Assembly (NCBI GenBank): GCA_013288575.1
Contig: JABDBO010000003.1
Location: 1-33,784 of the forward strand
Direction of reading: 5' to 3'
Length of the DNA stretch: 33,784 bases
DNA from: Alphaproteobacteria bacterium
GTDB lineage: Bacteria; Pseudomonadota; Alphaproteobacteria; Rickettsiales; 21-14-0-20-44-7
In this document: positions 26,999-33,784 of the stretch, piece after piece
Numbering within the stretch: the first letter of the stretch is position 1
Layout: each line of letters starts with the position of its first letter
The notes under the pieces: model-generated
Database searches by the model: none
What the model was told of the DNA's origin: nothing
What the model saw: only the letters and a program-made list of their open reading frames with translations
Position numbers and translations under genes: made by a program

Positions 26999-28139
26999 TG
27001 AGCCAGTTGCCAAAAAGGGCAATATTAAATTTTCAATTGATCGCGCCAATATTTTGCGCGCGCTTTCGCATATTCAATCAGTTGTTGAAAAACGCACAAC
27101 CATTCCTGTGCTGTCAAATGTGAAGCTGGAAATTGAAAGTGATAAGCTGCGCTTAACCGCAACTGATATGGAAATTTCCATCACTGAAACTATTCCGGTT
27201 AAATCATCCGGCAATGGCGCAACAACGCTCTCTGCGCAGATTTTATATGATATCATCCGCAAACTTCCGGAAGGTTCGGAAGTTGAATTCTCAAGCGGCA
27301 AAAATGACCAGGTGGAAGTTAAAGCGGGCCGTTCTAAATTTAAACTTCTTTCACTTCCGGCTGAAACTTTCCCGGCACTAGAGCAAAATGATTTGCCGCA
27401 TAAATTTACATTGCCGGCCAAAGAAATGCGCTCGCTGATTGATAAAGTCCGCTTTGCGATTTCGAATGAGGAAACCCGTTATTATTTGAACGGAATTTAT
27501 TTGCACACCGGCGAAGAAAATGGCTCAGCAGTTTTGCGCACAGCTTCAACTGATGGCCACCGTTTGGCGCGGGTATCAATTAACCAACCAGCGGGCGCGG
27601 CAGAAATTCCGGGTGTTATTATTCCGAAGAAAACGGTTGGCGAATTGCGCAAACTTTTGGCTGAATATCAAAATGAAGTTGAAGTTTCGCTTTCTGAAAC
27701 CAAAATTATTTTCAGCTTCGGCGATGTGATTGTTTCTTCAAAATTGATCGACGGCAAATTCCCTGATTATGACCGCGTTATTCCGAAAGGTAATGACAAA
27801 ATCTTGGAGGTGAATTCAAAAGAATTCGCTGAAGCGGTTGACCGCGTTTCGACAATTTCAATGGAAAAAGCGCGCGCGATTAAACTCTCAATCAAAACTG
27901 GCCTAATCGGCATTTCGACTGATTCACCAGATGGCAGTAATGCCAACGAGGAATTGGAAGCAAGTTACAGCGCCGATGCGATCGAAACTGGTTACAACTT
28001 CCGGTATATACTTGATATGATGGGGCAAATTGAGGGCGAAACGACACAATTCATGCTTGCTGACGCTTCAAGCCCAGCATTAGTGAGAGATCCTAGTGAC
28101 GTTTCAGTACTTTATGTCATTATGCCAATGAGAATCTGA
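26946..28139 (+). CDS. dnaN: DNA polymerase III beta sliding clamp
   Basis: VVEKRTTIPVLSNV, ATDMEI, EETRYYLNGI, STDGHRLA, KLIDGKFPDYDRVIP, VIMPMRI. True start is uncertain. Confidence 0.97.
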   Translation: MSILQKDITALDESYQASEPVAKKGNIKFSIDRANILRALSHIQSVVEKRTTIPVLSNVKLEIESDKLRLTATDMEISITETIPVKSSGNGATTLSAQILYDIIRKLPEGSEVEFSSGKNDQVEVKAGRSKFKLLSLPAETFPALEQNDLPHKFTLPAKEMRSLIDKVRFAISNEETRYYLNGIYLHTGEENGSAVLRTASTDGHRLARVSINQPAGAAEIPGVIIPKKTVGELRKLLAEYQNEVEVSLSETKIIFSFGDVIVSSKLIDGKFPDYDRVIPKGNDKILEVNSKEFAEAVDRVSTISMEKARAIKLSIKTGLIGISTDSPDGSNANEELEASYSADAIETGYNFRYILDMMGQIEGETTQFMLADASSPALVRDPSDVSVLYVIMPMRI

Positions 28140-28179
28140 CCTTAGAATTTGGTGTTAATATAAGGCGTTAATTCAAAAA

Positions 28180-28216
28180 TTAACCCGTTCTTAAGGCATA
28201 AATTATAGAATGGGTA
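28180..28216 (+). promoter_or_regulatory. Putative CtrA-dependent leaderless promoter of giant pilin-like gene 1
   Basis: Perfect TTAA-CCCGTTC-TTAA (28180-28194), 11 nt, TAGAAT (28206-28211), 5 nt, ATG. Extra TTAA half-sites at 28155 and 28168. Confidence 0.7.
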
Positions 28217-30820
28217 ATGGCTTTACATAAAGATTTAAATAGGGGTTTTGCCCTCATTATTCTAGCCGTATTACTCGCCATTTTAGGCTTGGTTCTGATT
28301 AGCCGCGTCCCGGCTCAGCCCGATAAAGATAAAGTTGTTTTTATTAGAACCCAAACCAAGCTGGATGCTATTCATGCAGCTTTGCTGAATTATTATAATC
28401 TTAATTCTGGAACTTTGCCCTGCCCAGCCAATCCAACATTAAACACAAAAATCGATGCCGCTTTCGGCACTGCAGTTGCAACCGGTGCCGCATGTTCCAC
28501 AACCGCTTCCTGCCCCGCAGGTTTAGTTTGTGCAGCGGCTGACCCTAATGCTGCTGGCAATTCTACAGCTAACCAAATTAAAATTGGCGGCGTACCGACT
28601 AAAACTTTAGGCTTGCCTGATGAATATGCTTTTGACGAATGGGGTAACCGCCTGACTTTTGCGGTTGATCCAACTGCTGCCGAAAATATAGGCGTTTATT
28701 ATATTGATCGAACTGGTGCTAGTCCCGCTACTGTTCAATATAGCAACACAGCTAATCCTTGTTACACTTCCGCTTCGGCCGCTACTCCAAATTCCGCAAT
28801 TGCGCCAAAAAATTCACGCTGCTTAACTGACGATGTCTTAAATCCAATTACTATTCCGGCCGGCCAATTGCTAACTTATGGCACACATAAGGGTGTTGCC
28901 GCTTTCATAGTTGCGCATGGCAAAGATGGCTCTGCCATTTGGAACCGTAACGGCACTTCGGCAGGCACTTGTGCTAATTATAAAAATCCTAGCGGCACTG
29001 CGCTTATAACAACGGCAACCAGTGGCCTGGCAATTCCTTCTGAGGTCGAAAATTGTAACAATGATGCTAGCTTTATTATGGATACGGAAGGCGAAACTAA
29101 AGACAGCGCAAGCGGCAAATCAAGTTATTACGATGATCTCACAACCTATTTCGTGCCTGGCAAAACTTGCAATAATCCAATTTTTGCGATGATGATTTTG
29201 TCGGGCAGCGCAGTCTCAAAAGCTGAAAAAGATTATTCTGTCGGTAAGTTATGCGACGATGGAACCTACATGAGCGCGGAACAATTAGCAGCGAGCGATT
29301 CAGGCAACCTCTGGATTGCTACTAACGGTAGCACCGCTGGCAGTATAATGAATGGTAGTTATTGCTTGGAGTTGGCTAATGGTAATCCTTTATGCGTTGT
29401 TACCGGAGGCATAAATACAGATGATAAGATATCATTCCCTATGTTTTGGGCAATCCTGCCGCCAGATACCAAAACTTTTACCGCATCTGGATCAACCAAT
29501 TACACAGGTGCTAATTGCCTACTCGCACCACAACCAGCCCCTCCCGGCGCGGGTGTGAGTTATATCCGGCGCTACAAATCTACTAAATGCGTTGAACTTA
29601 ATACATTCTCAAATGTTGTGATGTGCGCTCTTGGCTCAAACGGCACTAATTCCGGTTTTGGCCATATATTTGAAGTTGATACCAACAACACAACATGTCC
29701 AATTATCCAGACCCCTTCATATTATATATCGGGATCTATGACGAGCACCTATCCGTCTGTCTATAGCGATATACTTGCCTGTGCTCCATTCGTTTCAACT
29801 TCTGATATGGTATGTATAAGACAATGGGCCGGTGGAAGCAAAATAGCTGCGTATAGATTGCCTTCCGTTTATGACCATGATGCACATGCTGGCGGCGCCC
29901 CTAGCGGCTCAACAACAACTTTAAACCCATATCTGCCAGTCGGTACAAATACAACTGCCTATTATATTGGTAAAAATGAAGATGGTGGGCAGGCCGATTG
30001 CAAAACTTTGAGCACTGATGAAGTGCTCTGCGTTGTTGCTTATGAGGATATGTATTACGCCGGGGCCGGCCCAACATATTATTGGCGACCAAGGCTTGAT
30101 GTACTCGTTTTTGACAAAGATATCACCACTACTTCTTTAGCTGATACAACCACTTTATGTACAACTACTAGCGGATCAAGCTCTTGCACAAGCCCAGTTG
30201 CAACAAACCCTATTCGCACAAGCACTAGCGGTACAGACTTGCCTTCGCCTAATCCTAACAATAACTGGAATAGTTATTCGCCAGTCAGCGGCACATATGT
30301 ACCACCTAATATTGGCGGCATGTATGGTTTAACCTTCCATTCCACTGATAATCCTCAGGAATATGCCACTGGTGTCTTTTGCAACCCTTACACAACTTTA
30401 GTTGGCGGCGTATTAACTCCAACTCCTGGCAAATTTACCTGCGTAGTAACTTTTTATGGAACTACTGGCTCTCCTAATGATGGGGTTGATGCGGGAGTAT
30501 TTATTGTCACCGCGGGTAGTAGAAGCTTAAATGTTGCACCAACCATAACTGCAGCGCCCGCCCCTACTTGCTCGAGTGCTGGCGGTTATTATGGCGATTA
30601 TCAAACCTGCTCAAAAACATTCTCAAATAACAATAAATTCTTTTGTTTGCAGCAAAATGGCGGCACCACTTGGTTAACTGGTCACCAATACAGAACTATT
30701 TCTTTCCCTGCTGATGGCAACGGATCATGCTCAATTGGTAAATGGAATGATATCCCATTTTATAATTCTATAACTAATCCGAGTGAAGTTTTGACGCAGA
30801 CTACATTCATTCGTAAATAA
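28217..30820 (+). CDS. Giant pilin-like surface protein 1 (class III signal lacking Glu5, Cys/Thr/Ser/Gly-rich C-terminal region)
   Basis: LNRG|FALIILAVLLAILGLVL, LPCPA, GGVPTKTLGLPDEYAFDEWGNRLTFAVD, AHGKDG and YYDDL resemble pseudopilin-type heads, followed by ~550 aa of Cys-paired sequence. Confidence 0.8.
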   Translation: MALHKDLNRGFALIILAVLLAILGLVLISRVPAQPDKDKVVFIRTQTKLDAIHAALLNYYNLNSGTLPCPANPTLNTKIDAAFGTAVATGAACSTTASCPAGLVCAAADPNAAGNSTANQIKIGGVPTKTLGLPDEYAFDEWGNRLTFAVDPTAAENIGVYYIDRTGASPATVQYSNTANPCYTSASAATPNSAIAPKNSRCLTDDVLNPITIPAGQLLTYGTHKGVAAFIVAHGKDGSAIWNRNGTSAGTCANYKNPSGTALITTATSGLAIPSEVENCNNDASFIMDTEGETKDSASGKSSYYDDLTTYFVPGKTCNNPIFAMMILSGSAVSKAEKDYSVGKLCDDGTYMSAEQLAASDSGNLWIATNGSTAGSIMNGSYCLELANGNPLCVVTGGINTDDKISFPMFWAILPPDTKTFTASGSTNYTGANCLLAPQPAPPGAGVSYIRRYKSTKCVELNTFSNVVMCALGSNGTNSGFGHIFEVDTNNTTCPIIQTPSYYISGSMTSTYPSVYSDILACAPFVSTSDMVCIRQWAGGSKIAAYRLPSVYDHDAHAGGAPSGSTTTLNPYLPVGTNTTAYYIGKNEDGGQADCKTLSTDEVLCVVAYEDMYYAGAGPTYYWRPRLDVLVFDKDITTTSLADTTTLCTTTSGSSSCTSPVATNPIRTSTSGTDLPSPNPNNNWNSYSPVSGTYVPPNIGGMYGLTFHSTDNPQEYATGVFCNPYTTLVGGVLTPTPGKFTCVVTFYGTTGSPNDGVDAGVFIVTAGSRSLNVAPTITAAPAPTCSSAGGYYGDYQTCSKTFSNNNKFFCLQQNGGTTWLTGHQYRTISFPADGNGSCSIGKWNDIPFYNSITNPSEVLTQTTFIRK

Positions 30821-30838
30821 CTATAACTTCAATAAAAC

Positions 30839-30871
30839 TTTACATGGGTTCAAGAGTTGATAAAATATTTG
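30839..30871 (+). promoter_or_regulatory. Promoter-like element homologous to the one upstream of recF
   Basis: TTTACA-16 nt-TAAAAT. 25/33 nt identical to 33617-33649. Confidence 0.5.
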
Positions 30872-30887
30872 AAATAGGGTTTAGATT

Positions 30888-33602
30888 ATGATTACGAACA
30901 AAGCTTTAGATAAAGGTTTTGCGCTTATAATTCTGGCAGTCTTGATTGCCATTTTAGGCTTGGTCTTAATTGGCCGCGTGCCAGCTCAACCGGAAAAAGA
31001 TAAAGTCGTTTTCGTTAGAACCCAAGCTAAACTAGATGCTATTCACGCGTCTTTGCTGAATTATTATAATCTTAATTCTTCAACTCTGCCCTGCCCGGCC
31101 AACCCAACTTATGCCACTAGTAACGCTAGTTTCGGTTTAGCTGCCGCTACTGGTTCCACTTGTTCAGGCACAGGATCTTGCCCTGCAGGTTTAGTTTGCG
31201 CGGCGGCCGATCCTAATGGTGCTGGCAATTCCACAGCTAACCAAATTAAAATTGGCGGCGTACCGACTAAAACTTTAGGTTTGCCGGATGATTACGCTTT
31301 TGATGAATGGGGCAATCGTATTACTTTCGCGGTTGATCCAACTGCTTCTGAAAATATTGGTGTTTATTGGATTAATCGCACTGGTACTTCAGCGCTTGTT
31401 CAATATAGTAACACTGTCAATCCTTGTTACACTTCTGCCTCGGCCTATACGCCAAGCACCGCAATTGCGACTAAAAATTCTCACTGTTTAACTGATGATA
31501 CATTAAACCCAACTTCTACCCCAATCGGACAGTTGCCAACTTATGGCACACATAAAGGGGTAGCCGCTTTCGTCGTTGCACATGGTAAAGATGGCTCTGC
31601 TATCTGGAACCGCAATGGCTCTAACATTTCTGCCAATTGTGTTGCCGGAACTTTAAAAAATCCTAGTAGCACCACAATGGATAGTTCGGTCTCGGAGCAA
31701 CAGAATTGCAATAAAACAGCTGTAGGAAGCGTCGCAAGTTTTGTTATGGATACTTTGGGTGATAAACTCTTAAACAGTAAATCTACCTATTATGATGATC
31801 TTACCACTTACTTCGTAGCAAATAACTCTTGCCCGGTTAATACCTCAACTTTCGGTATGATGATTGGCACTGAAGTCACTTCCGGTGCAACTTACGGGAA
31901 AGGCTACCAAGTATTCAAATTGTGCCAGGATGGAAGCATCTCAACAGTTGAAAATTATAATGACAGCACAAATGCAGCAGGAAACTTGTGGCTGACCAAT
32001 GGGACAGGATCTACCACATATATGCAAAGAGCATCTTGTCTGGAACTCAGTAATGGCAACCCATTTTGCGTAGTATATGGATGGTCAGTCAACGTAGGTA
32101 CATATTGGGTTATAAGCCCGGTTACTGGGGCAAAATTAGCATCCGCCGGAACTAATTACACAGGCTCTTCCTGCCAATTCACTCCAATCAATTCAACTGT
32201 AGATCCTGCAGTTGCAGGTTATACAGCTTATACCAGTGGCATTTCAGGTAATAATTCAACTAACCAATTAAATTGTTCAGAATCAGTTGCTGTTCCAGGC
32301 AAGATAGGGTGCAATTTGCAGTTCGGCGGTACTAGCAGTGGTTATGTTGGCGATTTTGAAATAGATGCCAATAACTTGCCTGTTGCCTGCCCTCTAACTT
32401 ACGATTATAACACTATAAGTAAGGGTCTTGCCAGCGGCGATGGCAATAGACCTATTTCTTGCGCGTTTTTCCCCGGTTCAGCCGATAAAGCATGTTTTAG
32501 AACCTATAGCGCTTCAGAAGTTTATCTTATGGAGCGTCACCATACAGTGTATAATGATATGAATGAAACTGGCACTGGTACGGGTGCATTTAATCCATAT
32601 CTTCCTAATCCTGCTTCCAATAATACTGAGAAATTAGATGCTAATCACGGCATGTACGGCGGCGCCAACAATGATCTGCCTCACCATACCGTTGCAGCAG
32701 ATTGTCATTCGTTAAATAGCGTTGCCTATCCTGATGATGTATTATGCATGGTAACTTATGAGGAACAATATATTGCTGGTACAGGTGGCGGATATCATCC
32801 GGCTGGTAACCAATACCGAGCAACTTTGAATGCTATCGTAGTAGCAAAAGATAATTATCCTGCCGAGCAAAATGGCTGCTCAGCAACACAAATATCGTCT
32901 CACCATAACTCTTTATGCTCTGTACCAACCACCGTATCTAATTGTGCGGGTTCAACTGGCTGTACTGCTCCGGTAAGTTCAAATCCTGCTCCAAATGATC
33001 TTACTACTACACCTAGTCCTAATGTAAATTGGACGACTTATTTTAACTCGTCAGCAGCAGGCACTAGAGATGCCTATTTACCATATACTATAACTGGGAT
33101 TGACCCTACCGTGGCGCAACCAGCCGGATCAAGCGCAACTTATATTCCTACCTATAACAATATTTTTTGCCGGCCTTATACGTCAAATGGCATAACTTCT
33201 AAAAACAAATATGTTTGCATAGTTTTATATTCGACAGGCGCTAATCCTGGGCTTTTCATAGTAGATGCGACACTAGCACCGGTTAAAATTACGGCTGGCC
33301 CTATCTGCTCAGGAATTTCAAGCACAAATAATCTTATTTGGGATTGTTCAAAAGTTTATACAAAAAACACGCCGAATAATTTTTATTGTTATATGTCGCT
33401 TACTACGCAACCAATAGGTATTACCACTCCTGAGGTCATTTCACATAGCTATCAGATGTTAAATATTGCCGCTGATGGCTCGTCGTGTGCTGTAACCAGT
33501 AGGGGGACGCAAACTGCGCCGCTCAGCCTTTATGTCAGAGGTGTTTCCTTCCAGAAAAATGACCATTGTGTTTTCAGTCCCTTAGATTCTATTTGCCAAT
33601 AA
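30888..33602 (+). CDS. Giant pilin-like surface protein 2, tandem paralog
   Basis: LDKG|FALIILAVLIAILGLVL. N-terminal ~310 aa is highly similar to protein 1 (47-nt exact match 28565-28611 = 31233-31279). C-terminal region is divergent but the Cys pattern is retained. Confidence 0.8.
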   Translation: MITNKALDKGFALIILAVLIAILGLVLIGRVPAQPEKDKVVFVRTQAKLDAIHASLLNYYNLNSSTLPCPANPTYATSNASFGLAAATGSTCSGTGSCPAGLVCAAADPNGAGNSTANQIKIGGVPTKTLGLPDDYAFDEWGNRITFAVDPTASENIGVYWINRTGTSALVQYSNTVNPCYTSASAYTPSTAIATKNSHCLTDDTLNPTSTPIGQLPTYGTHKGVAAFVVAHGKDGSAIWNRNGSNISANCVAGTLKNPSSTTMDSSVSEQQNCNKTAVGSVASFVMDTLGDKLLNSKSTYYDDLTTYFVANNSCPVNTSTFGMMIGTEVTSGATYGKGYQVFKLCQDGSISTVENYNDSTNAAGNLWLTNGTGSTTYMQRASCLELSNGNPFCVVYGWSVNVGTYWVISPVTGAKLASAGTNYTGSSCQFTPINSTVDPAVAGYTAYTSGISGNNSTNQLNCSESVAVPGKIGCNLQFGGTSSGYVGDFEIDANNLPVACPLTYDYNTISKGLASGDGNRPISCAFFPGSADKACFRTYSASEVYLMERHHTVYNDMNETGTGTGAFNPYLPNPASNNTEKLDANHGMYGGANNDLPHHTVAADCHSLNSVAYPDDVLCMVTYEEQYIAGTGGGYHPAGNQYRATLNAIVVAKDNYPAEQNGCSATQISSHHNSLCSVPTTVSNCAGSTGCTAPVSSNPAPNDLTTTPSPNVNWTTYFNSSAAGTRDAYLPYTITGIDPTVAQPAGSSATYIPTYNNIFCRPYTSNGITSKNKYVCIVLYSTGANPGLFIVDATLAPVKITAGPICSGISSTNNLIWDCSKVYTKNTPNNFYCYMSLTTQPIGITTPEVISHSYQMLNIAADGSSCAVTSRGTQTAPLSLYVRGVSFQKNDHCVFSPLDSICQ

Positions 33603-33616
33603 TTAGCGAAGTAGAG

Positions 33617-33649
33617 TTTACATATATTTAAGAGTGAATAGAATGTTTG
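33617..33649 (+). promoter_or_regulatory. Putative leaderless promoter of recF
   Basis: TTTACA-16 nt-TAGAAT (33639-33644), 6 nt, GTG at 33651. Confidence 0.5.
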
Positions 33650-33650
33650 G

Positions 33651-33784
33651 GTGCTTACCCAATTACTGCTCAACAATTTCCGCAATTACCATTCGCTACA
33701 ATTAAATTTTGCGGCGCAGGTAACGGTGATTTACGGCCATAATGGCGCCGGCAAAACCAATCTGCTGGAAGCAATTTCGCTATT
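33651..33784 (+). CDS. recF: DNA replication/repair protein RecF, 5' part (runs off the window)
   Basis: Not in the ORF track. GTG start gives MLTQLLLNNFRNYHSLQL..IYGHNGAGKTNLLEAISL (NFRNY and Walker A). dnaN lies upstream. Confidence 0.92.
   Translation, partial: MLTQLLLNNFRNYHSLQLNFAAQVTVIYGHNGAGKTNLLEAISL

Overview
Chromosomal window from a flagellated alphaproteobacterium (inferred from ctrA divergent from fliI-fliJ, a PleC/DivJ-type kinase and Rickettsia-like palindromic repeats). The housekeeping backbone is cysNC (disrupted), a GltD/PyrK fusion flavoprotein, cysQ, the large NAD-glutamate dehydrogenase, a MinD/FlhG ATPase, a FliK-like protein, fliJ, fliI, ctrA, two RDD proteins, metC, a PAS kinase, a MarR-like regulator, acpS, pdxJ, NlpC/P60, dnaN and the start of recF. 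Three accessory islets interrupt it. (1) 5.2-7.6 kb: two gene cassettes stacked between the convergent oxidoreductase and cysQ genes, separated by a chimeric junction built from synonymous-variant copies of both flanking genes' 3' ends. (2) 13.1-13.9 kb: an orphan RelB/DinJ-like gene bracketed by long composite inverted palindromic repeats. (3) 28.2-33.6 kb: two tandem ~900-aa pilin-like proteins lacking Glu5, with Cys-paired repeat C-terminal regions, inserted between dnaN and recF. One promoter geometry (CtrA-like box, 11 nt, -10 hexamer, usually 5-7 nt, ATG) recurs six times and links accessory genes to the flagellar genes. No rRNA, tRNA, CRISPR array, transposase or integrase was recognised. 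All calls come from reading the sequence by eye, without database searches.
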